DNA of 63,043 nucleotides, counting the filler, from Lophium mytilinum (lineage: Eukaryota), in assembly GCA_010093605.1 (NCBI GenBank). It is 4 parts of 3 records of this genome, joined end to end, with 100 filler letters (N's around TTAATTAATTAA, not from the genome) between each part and the next. Parts side by side here need not be neighbours in the genome. Positions count along the whole stretch, not along the records: positions 1 to 19,532 come from MU004184.1; 3 more parts are not named here. One strand, written 5' to 3'. How positions within the stretch are numbered: position 1 is the first letter of the stretch; each line of letters starts with the position of its first letter. The position numbers were made by a program, and so were the translations under genes. The notes below the pieces were generated by a model that did not search any database, was not told the DNA's origin, and saw only the letters and a program-made list of their open reading frames with translations. This document shows, piece after piece, positions 1-13,274 of the stretch.

Positions 1-3000
1 CTACTCTATAGTAGAATTAACTCTATCTATATTAGCTATATATATATCTAGACTTATAGTTAAGTTAATAATTATTTTATCTAGAGCGTTAGTAGTAGTA
101 GGTTTAGATAGACTCTTAGCCGCGGTAGCCTTAGACTTACTATAGTGGGGGCGTTTCTTAGCTAGGCGGATACTAGAGGGCGGGGACTTAAAAAAGTATA
201 GACCTAGCTATATATTAGTTAGTAGTAATATTTAATAATTAATAATAATTAATATATATTTAGTCTTAAGTTTAGATATTACCTTTTTAATATTAAGGCC
301 CTTTACTATAAAACTAAGCACTATCTCTTTAAATATACTCTTTATTTTCTTTAATAGTATAGTTAGATAGAAGTTATTCTCTATTAACTTCTAGATTCTA
401 TTAACTATAATAACGTGCTCTAGAGAGTTAAAGTCTATAAAAGTTCTATTAATAGCTTCTAGAAACTTTATAAAGCTATAGTTTTTTAGCTTTAGGCCTT
501 TACTACTAGACCTTATAAAATAGAGAGTAAAAAGGTATCTAGTACTTTTCTACTATAGTAGCTAGTATATTATAGTAAGGACTATATATAATAGCTAGGG
601 CTTAAATAAAGTATTTTAGATAGTAATATCTAGGGATTTTATTAAAGAGCTAAGGCCTACTAATATAACTAACTTTATAGATAAGGCTAACTTAAACTAC
701 TTTTACTTTTTATTACTTTTAATAATACTACTCTATATCTTATATTTCTTATAGACTTTATACTAGATTAATATTTAATATACTTACTTCTACTTAGCTA
801 ATATAGAAGACTTCTTAAATATATAACTCTATATATCTATAAAAAGTGTATATATTTTAGACTAAGTACCTAAGTAGATATTATTCTTACTATAGTTATT
901 TTAGCCTAGTTATAAGAGATATTTTATCTATAGGTATACTTTAGAGTTCTCTATTAGTATAAATAAGTTAGCTTCTATCTAGTACTATATCTTAGAAGCT
1001 AGACCTAAGCTAGCTATAATATTTATTTAACTTAAGTAGCCTTTAAAGTTCTTAGTAAAATTAGATACTATTTTACTCTATATAGATATATTATATAGTA
1101 GGTCTACTAGAGGTATTATAGCCTTCTTCTAAGTAGGTCTAGAGCATTAGTAGCTACTATAGAAAGGCTAGCGGCTATAGTAGTTATCTAGCTTATCTAG
1201 CTCTAAATTACTATTATAGTCTACTTAACTAGAGTCTATACTTAATAACTATTTATCTAGATTAAACTTCTTATTATTTTAATTATTAGGGAGGCGTTAT
1301 TAGTAACTAGTATATTAACCTAATTCTTTAGCTATATTAGGTAAATAAAATAAGAAGTTAGAGTATAAGAAAGGTAGATAGAAGGGGGTAGAGTTAGTAG
1401 ATAGAATAGCGTTATGCAGTAATATAGGCAAGGGCGGGCGGAAGGCTAATAATATTAAATAAATAGTAATAGTAAGTAATAAGTAAGATAGTTACTTACC
1501 TATAAAGTTATAATAGTAGACGCTACTTATAGTATAATTAACCTTAGAATTACGCGCATTAAAAAATAAGGTAACTATAGTAGAAGATATATAAATCTAT
1601 ATACGCTAGTAATAAAAGTAGCTACTCTTAGTTATACTTTTAAATAGGTATAATATCTATTAAAAAAGTACTTATAGAGTAGTACTAGAAATATAGTAAG
1701 TATAGATAAGCCTAAGGCGTAGAAAAGAAAGTTAGCGTATAAGAAAGAGAGAAGAAGAAAAAGAGAGAGAGGGAAGAGAGAGATAGAGGAGAAGGAGAAT
1801 AAGAGAGGAAAGATAGGTAAGAATAGTAGATAAGAATTAGAATTAAAAGGCTAGATAGAAGGTAAAGTTTAAAGTAGCGTATAATTAAGTATATAATTAA
1901 TAAATAGGCTATATTATAATATAATAGAAGTAAAGAGTTATATAGCTTAAAAAACTCTACTACCTAATAATTAGTAATAATTAGCCTCTACCTTAATATT
2001 TATCTATACCTATTAGCTTTTAGTAATACTTAATAGATTAGTAATAACTTTTATTTAATATTATCTTCTACTTACCTAGATTAGTTAATATAGAAAGGAA
2101 GGCTAATTTCTATATATAGGTACCCCCTTCTATTATTTAAGTTAGCGTTATAAGCTCTACTAGATTAGTAGCTAATAGGTTAAGATTCTTAGAATAGAAA
2201 GAAAAGTTAGCTATAGCTATCTAAAAAGATACTATACTACTTATTATTATCTAAGCTACTACGCGCCTTTCTATCTTTAATAGTAGCTTATATCTACTAA
2301 AGTTGCGCCCTATAAGCTAGTAGATAGTAGTACTAATTTATATATCTTTTTACTATCTACTCTTTTTATAAGTATTACTAATTTAGCTTATACTATAGAA
2401 TAGCTTACTTACCTACTTTCTCCCCCGCTAAATAAGTACTTTTACTCTCTAGCCTTTCTACTAGCGCGTATACCGCCTCTATATAGAGAATGCCTACTTT
2501 AATCTACTTAGAAAAACTAGTATTACCTACCTATATATTTATTATACTTCTTATCTACTTACTTACCTCTACTAGTACTAGGCTAACTATAGTTTATATT
2601 TAACTAGCCTATATATCTCTCTCTTTTATAGCTCTCTACTACTCTAGGTAGTACTTTCTAGAGGCTCTACTTAGTAGTTTCTACTCTTTCTCTATCTCTT
2701 ATAGCTTGCGCTTTAATAACTAGGTTAGTATACTTCTTTTTATAGATTTAGCCTTTCTAGAAGTAGTAGAATTATATAGTTATATTTTATAGGCTACACC
2801 TCTAGAATATATATAGGTTAGTAATACTTAGGTTTACCTATTATAGTATACTATAAGGCTAACTCTTAAGTATAGCTTAAAATTAGTAGAGGTAGGTTAA
2901 AAGTAGATAAGAAAGATAATAGAGTAATACTTAGATATTTAGGGGACTAATTAACTACTATATAGTACCTATATTTTACTAGATAATTTAGCTATTAAAT

Positions 3001-4324
3001 ATATATTTAGATAAAAGCCTCTTAATATAACTAATATCTTACTAGATATAATAGTGCTTAGTTTTAATTTAATTATTAGTCTAATATTATACTAGCCTTA
3101 ACTTTAACCCTCTAGAAGATAGCTACTACTATAGTAACTTACGCCTTTTATAATAATAGCTAATATACTACTAGCGCATATTAGACTAAAGCCTTAAACT
3201 CTTCTAATAATCTACTTACTATTAAATTATAGCCTCTTCTCTAACTCTAACTATTTTATTTAGAATATAAGCATATCTATCTATACTAATACTAACTAAC
3301 TATTTAAATATATTAGGCCTAATAGTAATATATAGTCTAGAATAGTAAAGGCTAATATACTTTAAATAGAGACTAAGTAGTAAGTCTAGCTTATATATAG
3401 TAGTATCTAGACTTAATAGACTAATTTATATATAGAGAGGTTACTACTAAGCTCTTTTTTTAACTTTACTTTAAGGGTACTAACTAATTCTTTAATCTTT
3501 TATATAGTATATATAAAATCTTAATTATAAGAAATAAATTAAATAAACTATAGAAAGTAGAACTTAAGAAAATACTTACTACTTAAATAACTATAATATA
3601 GTCTACTAATAGGTCTAAACCTATAGTAACCTTTAAAGATAAATATAGTAACCTCTAAAAGCGCTAGAGATATACTAAATACTAACTTAATTCTATAGTA
3701 AATATCCTAATCTTAGAAGACTAAATAGAGGTAATAGATGCCTATACCCTTACTATTATTCTAATAACTATACCTAATACCACCTATATAGTAAAGCTTA
3801 CTAAGGCGCTATAAAACTAAGAGCTACTAAAGTAAGTTATAATTAAGTACTAATTTAGAATTTCTACTTAGATACGCCCTAGCCTACCTACTAATATACC
3901 GGGTGTATAATAGTATACTTACTCTTATTATTTTAATCTAGATATATATAAACTATAAAAGGTAGCCTTTATAAATAAGCCTAAGTACTACTATAACCTT
4001 ACTATTAAGGGCATTCTTAAGGTTTTTAAGATTCTAGGAGAATACCTACCGCCCTTATTTAGAGGCTAGATAATTAGGTATAATACTAACGCAACCGCTA
4101 GTAAAAAGCTAGCGGAGGTCCCTATCTTTCTTACTATTATTTTAATCTAACTAGCTACCCCCGCTAAGCTAGTAGAACCCTATAAAAGGTTAATATAGAA
4201 CGCTATTTACTATATAAGAGTCTAAAATAAGTATAAGTCTTATATTAGTCTACCTTAGAATCTATATTCTAAATAGTATATACCTATTATCTTATATATA
4301 ATCTATAGAGAATTAGCTAATAGA
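1..4324. mobile_element. Partial copy A1 of a large RIP-degraded Plavaka-transposase element (accessory-gene region)
   Basis: 185-4324 is colinear with 52281-~56420 and differs almost only by C>T/G>A. It carries the empty Gypsy target site (TTCTAAATAGTATATACC, ~4267-4284). Copy B continues into a Plavaka transposase. Confidence 0.8.
200..1340 (-). pseudogene. RIP-degraded accessory gene of the Plavaka element, unknown function (acidic N-terminal region)
   Basis: The reverted minus frame reads as a long coding-like stretch with an acidic start (roughly MAKELG...DDEEFDPDE). A GTAAGT donor lies upstream near 1498. No domain recognised. Confidence 0.35.
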
Positions 4325-5046
4325 NNNNNNNNNNAAAAAGATACTTACTACTTAAATAACTATAATATAGTCTACTAATAGGTTTAAGTCTATAGTAACC
4401 TTTAAAGAGAAATATAGTAACCTTTAAAACTACTAGAGATATACTAAATACTAACTTAATTCTATAGTAAATATTCTAATCTTAAAAGGCTAAATAGAGG
4501 TAATAGATATCTATACTCTTACTATTATTTTAATAACTATACCTAATACTACCTGTATAGTAAAGCTTACTAAGGTACTATAAAACTAAAAGCTACTAAA
4601 GTAAGTTATAATTAAGTACTAATTTAGAATCTCTACTTAAATGCGCTCTAGCCTATCTACTAATATACTAGGTATATAATAGTATACTTACTCTTATAAT
4701 TTTAATCTAGATATATATAGACTATAAAAGGTAGCCTTTATAAATAAGCTTAAGTACTACTATAACCTTACTATTAAAGGCACTTTTAAGGTTCTTAAAA
4801 TTCTAGAAGAATACCTACCGCCCTTATTTAGAGGCTGGATAATTAGGTATAATACTAATATAACTGCTAGTAAAGAGCTAGTAGAGGTCTCTATCTTTCT
4901 TACTATTATTTTAACCTAACTAGCTACCCCTACTAAGCTAGTAGAACCCTATAAGAGGTTAATATAGAATACTATTTACTATATAAAAGTTTAAAATAAA
5001 TATAAGTCTTATATTAGTCTATCTTAAAATCTATATTTTAAATAAT

Positions 5047-5209
5047 TATTACGGTTCTATAGATGATAGGCTCTGGCGTACAGCATGTAACGGACATTTA
5101 CGTGCACGCCCAGCCGGACGCCGGCGTCCTATACGCCGACGCCCGCGTAGCCCTTAAGGCTACACCTACTAGCTAGTAATAGGATACCTTTTACACCACG
5201 TTCTTAATA
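5047..5209 (+). repeat. 5' LTR (163 bp)
   Basis: TATTACGGTTCT...TTCTTAATA. Matches 13112-13274 with about a dozen differences, all transitions. Confidence 0.95.
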
Positions 5210-5211
5210 TA

Positions 5212-5224
5212 TGGTAGCTTCAGC
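5212..5224 (+). promoter_or_regulatory. Probable primer-binding site (tRNA-Met-like)
   Basis: TGGTAGC lies 2 nt after the 5' LTR and is complementary to a tRNA 3' end GCUACCA, as in the yeast Ty1/Ty3 PBS. Confidence 0.55.
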
Positions 5225-5541
5225 TTAGCGCCACTAAAGCCGTTAATTACGAGGGCTTACTAGCTCTGCACATCGCGAGCACTAGATCCAACTCACGCAG
5301 TCCCATTTCTCGTTATTGTACGGACTTCTGACGACGTCGCCAGCCTCTAGCTCGCCAGCGTCTTTAGCTCCACAGCCTCTTACGACGTCAATTCCGCAAC
5401 CCTAACAGCCTACGTCGGCAACAGCTTCTATAAGCTAGACGTATCTATCTATCAACTCTCCATAACCCGCGTTTAACGGACATCCACATCGTGGACGTCT
5501 TTAAACGCTACAAAACCACCTTGCAAGCTTTAATCAACAAG

Positions 5542-5672
5542 CCGTCTTCCACGACTTCCTGGAAAACCGTTAACAACTTCCTGGAAACCGGTCGTCGTCC
5601 ACAACTTCCTAGAAATCGTCGTCTTCCACGACTTCCAGGAAACTGTCGCCTTCCACGACTTCGTGGAACTTG
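5542..5672 (+). repeat. Degenerate ~24-27-bp tandem repeat in the Gypsy 5' leader
   Basis: Recurring CCACGACTTCCTGGAAA-like unit, about 5 copies. Confidence 0.75.
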
Positions 5673-5974
5673 CCGTTGTGTGGGGCTCTAAGGAAGCAGT
5701 CCCGTGGTTCAGAGGAAACCACGTCATCAACATACTGTCTTCTCTTGCTCTCCTTCTCTAAATCTCCTTCATCAACGTCTCCTTCATCTCGTACAGAGGC
5801 GTTCTCATCTGGAGCTCCTCCATCATCTTGTACACGTTCCTGTTCAGCTAGTTCCTGACGCCACTGTCGCGGAGCTCGCCTCGGACGTCAACGTCGAGGA
5901 AACCCTCACCTGCGACAGCTTTACCGGCCGCCATCAGGTAACCGGGCGTCGCCGTCGCTTTACAGGGCGCCGTC

Positions 5975-6107
5975 GTTCACAGGCCGCCATAGTTCACAGG
6001 CCGCCATAGTTCACAGGCCGCCATAGTTCATAGGCCGCCATAGTTCACAGGCCGCCATAGTTCACAGGCCGCCATAGTTTACAGGCCGCTATAGTTCACA
6101 GGCCGCC
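5975..6107 (+). repeat. 17-bp tandem repeat (GTTCACAGGCCGCCATA) x ~8 upstream of gag
   Basis: Directly visible, nearly perfect copies with no spacers. Confidence 0.95.
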
Positions 6108-6138
6108 TTCTTTCACAGGTCGCCTACGTCTGTACTCC

Positions 6139-7900
6139 ATGTCCACAAATAGCTCCAGTAGCAACCTCCCGCAGTATAACTACCCCAACCTGCTATAAGA
6201 TCTCGTTAACCTCGGGTACTAGCTGTACGCGTTCAAGCGTGCGAACGCCGGGCAGCTTTAGAGTGCTTCTCTCAACGCGGCTCTTGGCAGTGGCTTTCTT
6301 GCCCAATTTCCAGCCGCCAAACGGGCTCTAGGGCAAGCGTATCCTCCTAAGTAGTTAACGTCCGCTTAAACCCTCTAAGCCAACATTAGGAACTTTACAA
6401 GCTAACTTAAACGGTATTAAGTTCCTATTATTAACTCCCTATATAGCTAAACTAATTCCGTCCGCATAGAGTAAATTACTTATAATAAGAATTAGAACCC
6501 TCTTCTAGATATAGCGTTTAATATAGCCCAGCTCTAACAGCTTAATAATCTTATTTAGTAAGCTATCGCACAAGTTACTAGCTAGGTGGCCCCCCCTCTA
6601 GGCCCTTCTAGACCTTCTAGACCTCCTGGACCTTCTAGAGGATAAGCTAATAATAGTAGCGGCGCTAGAGGCTTCTAAGTTTAGAAGATTAGCTTCTTTT
6701 AGCTAAATCTTAACGCCTTCTATAGGCTAGGCAATATTATCTACGCTAGGTCTAATACGTACGTCTATAATATATTTATCTTTATTAATTAAGTTTAGAA
6801 TTGCGTTACCCTATATAGTAAGAATATAGTTAAAAGCTAGCTTCTTTAAGCTCTTTAAGAAGACGCCTTTAAGTAGTATACTTCTAGCCTCTCTAATCTT
6901 AAAAAGATTAGTCTCTAATATAGGAATGTTAATAATTAGTATACTACTCTAATTAACTAGTTTAAGCCCCCTCTTAGTAACTCTCTTAACTAGCTTATCT
7001 TATTAAAGTACTCTCTCTATAATACTAGAAACTAGCGTAATATCGCTTTCTATATTTATTATATAACGCGGCTATTAAAGGCGTCTAACCTTAATAATAT
7101 ACTTAACTAGCTAACATTTATATAGAATAGTATTTACACACTTCTATAGTATAATATTCTAGCGCCTATAGCTATAATAATAGTATAGACATTTATACGC
7201 TCTCTATAAGAGAAGCGTAAGTAATAGTACTAGTTATTAGGTATCTATCTTAGAGCTTAACCTGTTAATAATTAGTTTAAAGAGAATAGTTAGTATAATA
7301 ACTCTTATTAATAATAGAATTTCTAGCTATTAGACTATAAATCTTAGAGCTAGAATTAGTAGTATAGGTAGTATAGTAGATTTAGCTAAGGTTATAGTTA
7401 TAGAGACTTATATAATACTTATAAACCTTTATTATAGCCTCTACTATATAACTAGTATAGGTAGTACTCTTAGTATAGATAGTACGGCTAGAACTAGCGT
7501 CTATAAGAAAGCGCGCCTATTATAATAATAATAATAACTACTATAAATCTATAATAACTCCCGGCTTCTTATTAGCCTCTCTAACTTATAAATAGTAACG
7601 CCTAGAACCTTTAAAACGCTTCTACTTTATAAAACCCGGGCGCCTTATAAGGCGGGTTTACTAGCTAAAAGCTATTTACTAGCTCTAACTAGTATAGTAG
7701 GTAGTTTAGGTAGGAAGTCTATAATACTAACGCTAATAAGTAACCTTAGCCTAATAAATAGACTACTCTAGAGAAACCTATAGCTTAAATAGGTTATTAT
7801 AATAACTAGAACTACTATACTAACTAAGAACCTTATAATAAGGTTGCCGCTAAGAAAGACTACTCTAATATAATTAATTCCGGCTTTATTAATATCTTTA
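6139..7900 (+). pseudogene. gag: gag (RIP-degraded)
   Basis: ATG at 6139 follows the leader, and a coding-like frame with Pro/Gly- and Gln/Tyr-rich parts lies upstream of pol. The 3' boundary is approximate. Confidence 0.6.
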
Positions 7901-10900
7901 ACGCTGCAATATCTCTAGCTATTCTTTAGCTGCCTAAGTAATACTATTATACTTATAATACTAGTTTCCTATTAAAGAACACTCTATTTAAATATCTATA
8001 TTTAGACTACTAGCTAAGTAGTTATAGACGTTCTATAAAATAGAAAGTAGAAGTAAAAGTGTTAAACTTTACTAATAGTAGCGACGCAACTATAACCTTA
8101 CACGCTATTATTAGCCCTAGAGCTAAGCTTATTACCTTAGAAGTTAAGAACTATAAGCTTAGCTCTAGCCTTTTCTTTTATAGATATTACTATGTTACTA
8201 TAAAAGCGGCCTTCCGTAATAACCTTAACTTAGATAACCTAGATACTTATAACTTAGACGCCTATAACGCGTTTAAACTCTATAATATTGCGCTAGATAT
8301 AGAAAATACTATAACGCTAATTAAATAGAATTTTATTAACGCCCTTAGCCTAAAACCTATTATATAAGTAGTAAAGAAGGCTATTATAGTATAAGAAGTT
8401 AGAAACTAATTAGTCTTATCTACTAAGTTTTATATTATAATAATATATATTCTAGAACGCCTTAGTAATAGTAAGCCTATAGTAGCTATAATTTACCTTA
8501 AAGCCTATATTATTAACTATTTACGGGTAAACCTTCTTATTAGTACTAACGTTCTAGATCTAAAAGGTATAGTTATTAACCTAAGATACTATTATATATA
8601 GTTTATAAGCTATAAAGGTATTAAGGTACTAGTATCTATAAAAGCCCGCGACAACGCTATTAGAGTATAATAAGTTATAACGGCTAAGAAAGCAACTATA
8701 ATACCTATAAATGCTATTACCTCTATACCTTTTACTATTTAATAACTATAGATTCTTCTACTAGACTATAATTACTTATTCTAGCCTAACTTTTTAAACG
8801 CCCGCCTAGGTCTAGAAGGTAGCGTTTACGCCTATATTTTAGACGTTAATATTACTTTTATTTAGGTCTATAATACTTTTAGCACGGCCTTTATAGTTTC
8901 TTAGAATGCTAGGCTTAGAATACTTAAGGACTACCTTATTAAGGGCGCGTATCTAGCTAATCTAGACGTCTATAAGCTTACTATATAGTAAGCGCCTCTC
9001 TAGAGACTAGCTAATAGCGGCCTCTTCTAATTTTTTAGCGCCTATAATAGCTCTACTAAATAGATTAAGGTAGCTTTTTTTAAGACTCTAGCCTCTAAGA
9101 GCTCTAGAACTATAGTATCTCTAGCTACGCTATACTCTTTATAACCTAAAATAGAGTATGCTAGCTACTTTAGTATTACTATCTATAGCTTCTTACTATC
9201 TATAGCTACTATAGTAAATAACCTTATTACGGGCTTTAAGCTATTATTCTTAGATAATAGTAAGCTTACTAATATTCTAGAGGACTACTAGCTCTAAATA
9301 CCTCTTATTAGTAATCTTAGCTTATTAGAAGCTAGGCTTGCGCACTATATATATCCGCTTAGCCCTTAGAAACGGGCCCTAGTTAATAATAAGTTTAATA
9401 AGCTGCACTAATAAGGGCGTATAGAGTAGTCTATAGGAATATAATTTAGCTTTCTAGTTTTTATAGTATAGTAAACTATTATACTTAATAGCACTCTAAC
9501 CTATAAAGGCCGCGTGGTTATTAATATCCGGGGCCTAAATAAGGCGACTATAAAAGATAGCTATCTACTACCTTATTAAGAAGATTTAATAAGCGCTATA
9601 GCTAGTTATACCTATATCTCTATACTTAACGCTATCTTTTTCTTCTACTAGTAGCTAGTTTATATTAAGAATAGACCTAAGTTTATAGTTATCTTTTATA
9701 GAGAATAGAAATACTTTAATGTAGCCGTTATAGGGTTCTATAATTTACCCCCTTATATCTAATAATAGATTAATAGAATTATCTATATCTATAAACTAAA
9801 GTAGTTCTATAGGGCGTATATTAATAATATTATTATATATAGTAAAAGCCTAGATAACTATATTAAATACCTCCGCGCCCTATTTAAGGCCCTTATAACG
9901 GCTAATATTACGCTTAAGGGCCCTAAATCTTACCTTACGTACCCGTTCTTAACGCTACTAGGCTAGAAAGTTAACGCTCTTAGGCTCTTAATAATAGCTA
10001 AGAAGCTAGCTACTATTTATAAGCTATAGCTTTCTACTAGCCTAAAGGACTTAAAATACTACCTTAGCTTAATAGAGTAGCTTAGATAGTATATTAGCTA
10101 CTATATATAGTTATTTAAGCCCCTATAATATAAGAAAACCTATCTCTTAAAATTAGCTCTATTAGCTAGTTAGGCACGAGCGTATTATATATAAATAATA
10201 AGTGTAGATAACTATATAGAGCTAAGAGACTCTTATAAGGTCTTATAATAAGCCTTTACTTATAAAAGGATTCTAGCCTACTTTATTATATCTAGACGTC
10301 TATATATTAATATAGACGCCTTAAAAGCTTATAGCTTTAGAGTTATAGTTTACTATATTACTAGTAATTCTACTAACCTTAATCTTATTAAAAGAAATAA
10401 GATACAGCCTATACTATTTCTTAGTAAGCTGCTATCTATAGCTAAGCGTAATTACTAGTCTATAGAACTTAAAGTTGCCTACCTAGTATAGGTAGTATAA
10501 CGCGTCTATTATATAATAGAGGCCTTTAAACTTATAATAATTATAATTATAAATTACGCCGCAACGCTAGATATTATACAGGTAATAAGCCTAATATTTT
10601 TAGCCGTTAATAAGCTTAATATACATCTAATTAGAGTATTATAGTATCTTTTATAATTCCGCCTAGATATCTGCTATAGGCCCGGTAAGTAATACCTTAT
10701 TTTTAATGCCTTATTGCAACTTCCTTCTATAATATAAGCTATTAGTAATACTATATTTAATACTCTTAATAATCTCTCTACCTTTTATAGCGCTAATAAG
10801 GCGTATATATATAATATTATAGTTATCTAGCTTACTAATAACTTCTATTACTAGCTTAAGTAGGCCTATAAGACTAATAAATACTAGTCTAGTATTTTTA

Positions 10901-12555
10901 AACTTTTAAGCGGGCCTAAGCCCGGCGTTCTCTTTAAGCTAATAGAAGGCCTTATCTATTATAAGGACCTTAATAGCCGCCTGCAACTATATATACTAAA
11001 AAGCTTAAAAGGTAATATCTTTAAAGAAGCCTATAACGCCTATTTATACGCGGGCTTCTACTATAGCTATAAGCGCGTTTAGGCAACTTATTATATTTAA
11101 AATCTTACTTAGTATCTACGCCTATACTTATACTACTATAAGACTTATAATATTAATACTACTCTTTAGTATAAGCTATACGGGACGCTAGTTTCTATTT
11201 AAACTCTAGTAATTCTATTCTATATAGTTATAATAGACTTTATTATAGGCCTATCTATTAATAAGACTACTAGCTTTAATTTCTTTATAACTATTATAGA
11301 TAAGTTCTCTAAACGCGTTACTATAATCCCGGGTAAGAATACTTAGATAGCTAAAGACTAGGCATGCGCTATACTAGATACTCTTATAGATTAGGGCGTT
11401 CTAGTAGCTATAATTATAGACTGCAACCGCAAGTTTATTTTAAGCTTCTAGAAGGCGGTATTTAAGAAGCTTAGTACTAAGATTTTAATAAGTACGGCCT
11501 ATTACCTATATATAGATAGTTAATTAGAGCGCATAAACTAGACTATTAAAATTACTATCTACTACTATCTATTATTAGGTAGAGATAGCTAGCTAGAGTT
11601 CTTAATAACCTTACGGTATATTCTAAATAACTCTATTAACTAGACTACCGGGCTTTTACTAAATAAAGTTATCTATAGCTTCCGGCTAAATAAAGGCCTA
11701 CCGTAAGTATATCTATTACTAGAGAAGCTATTATTAAACGCTAACTCTATAAAGCCGCTCTTAAACGCTAACTCTATAAAGCTATTAAAGATACTATAGT
11801 TAAAGAAGCTATTATTAGATACTAACTCTATAAAGCTATTAAAGACGCTATTATTAAAGAAGCTATTATTAGATGCCTACTCTATAAAGCTGTTGCCGGA
11901 ACCCGCGAAGCCGTTAATAAAGATATTCTTACCCCTTAATTCTAGAGCCTTAAGCTTTTTAAAAGCCTGTAAGGTTATATAATAAGAGGCCGCTAATACT
12001 ATTATCTTTACTATAGTATATATAAAGCTCCGCTTTAACGCCTCTAGAAGCAACCTATAGCTTAAACCTAGTAATCTAGTATATATCTAGCTCTATAAGG
12101 GCTTTAATATACTAGGCATCTATAGAAAGTTTAGCTAATAGTATATAGGCCTCTAAATAATTAAGCGTAAGGTTAGTAAAAATATATATAAAGTTAACCT
12201 ACTATTAATATAGTAGATTTATCTAGTAATTTCTATAGAGCTGCTAGAGCCGGCCACTAATATTAAGGACCTCTACAACCGAGAGAGCCTAGCTTATGCT
12301 TAGCCACTAGCTATTAAGGATGAATATAACGACGACACCGGCGCCTTCTACACTATAAGATGTCTTCTTAGCCGTCGCTAGCGTTGTATTAGGCGTTCTA
12401 AGAAGAAGTTTATAGAGTACTTAGTAGAGTAGGACAGCTATAGACCTAAAGAGAACTGCTAGGTACGCTTAGAGGATATTAATAGCGACTTGGTAGCTGC
12501 GTACAACGCTAAATACTTAGCAAACTCTACTAATCTAGTTGTCGACGGAGCTTAA
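7900..12555 (+). pseudogene. pol: pol polyprotein: zinc finger-like motif, aspartic protease, RT, RNase H, integrase, chromodomain (RIP-degraded)
   Basis: Reverted motifs: CxxC..FPSKNTLFKHL (~7945), ALDTG (~8290), GRVVIDIRGLNK..KDSYPLP (~9508), RAYIDDIIIYS (~9811), IDVDAS and NYWPTELE (~10305, ~10450), TMDFITGL, TDRDRKF and AYHPHTDGQSERTNQ (~11230-11545), EYLVEWDGYGPEENRW (~12415-12462). Confidence 0.92.
11722..11900 (+). repeat. Tandem repeats (27/57-bp units) inside the integrase C-terminal region
   Basis: GAAGCTATTATTAGAYRCTAACTCTATAAAGC-type unit recurs about 4 times. Confidence 0.8.
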
Positions 12556-13111
12556 TCGCTACAGCTTGATCGCTCGTTAGAGCTCGATCGCCGCGGCTTA
12601 ATTGCTCTCATCTTCGCCGCCTCTTACGACAGCCCGTACAACGACTCTAGCATAGCCTTGCACGCCCTTTATTACTTACGCGCCCTTTATTAATTGCTTA
12701 TGCGCCCGTTATTATTTACAAGGCCTCCATTATACCTTAAAACCGCGGACATCCTCTACGTCCTTATTATTCGGATGTCCCTGTTATTAGCGAACCTCTA
12801 TTAGTACCTGCTTATACTATTACATCCTTCCCACAACCTTATATTTCTAGGTAGGATTGCAAGCTATTATATTTCACAACTTCTACAAACCCGTTGTCTT
12901 TTACGGCTCCTATAAACACGTCGCCGGACCCCTTCTATAACTGTTATCCTTCACGGCTCCCGCAATGAAGCCGTCGGGACTCCCCGTTTACTATTACTTA
13001 CACGCCGCCATTACTTATAAGCCGTTATTATTCTAGAACGCAGTTGTCTAGGTAGGATACCTTAGATATGTAGTCGTTAAGAACGACAACGTTTTTCTTA
13101 TTTAGGGCAGT

Positions 13112-13274
13112 TGTTACAGTTCTATAGATAATAGGCTCTAGCGTATAGTACGTGACGGACGTTTACGTGCACGCCCAGCCGGACGCCGGCGTCCTATACG
13201 CCGACGCCCGCGTAGCCCTTAAGGCTATACCTACTAGCTAGTAATAGGATACCTTTTATACCACATTCTTAATA
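13112..13274 (+). repeat. 3' LTR (163 bp)
   Basis: Starts TGTTAC (canonical TG) and ends TTCTTAATA (CA end converted by RIP). Matches the 5' LTR. Confidence 0.95.

Larger units (their letters stand above)
5047..13274 (+). mobile_element. Full-length Ty3/Gypsy LTR retrotransposon (chromovirus), RIP-inactivated
   Basis: Two 163-bp direct LTRs, a 5-bp TSD ATAAT (5042-5046 and 13275-13279), and domain order PR-RT-RH-IN-chromodomain. Confidence 0.95.

Noticed and set aside
1725..1835. Purine-rich (GA) tract as a distinct element
   Set aside because: It is low-complexity sequence conserved in copy B (~53815-53915), probably the pyrimidine-rich 5' region of the minus-strand gene.
3565..5046. Real ~700-bp tandem duplication in the Plavaka element
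   Set aside because: It straddles a 10-N gap and one side has the empty site while the other is filled. It is more likely two different copies scaffolded together, and cannot be resolved without reads.
5491..6009. Short ORFs 5491-5691, 5530-5733, 5670-5858 and 5704-6009 as genes
   Set aside because: They are overlapping, repeat-derived frames in the GC-rich Gypsy leader with no recognisable domain.
5047..13274. Dating the Gypsy insertion from LTR divergence
   Set aside because: All LTR differences seen are transitions attributable to RIP, so a molecular clock is invalid.
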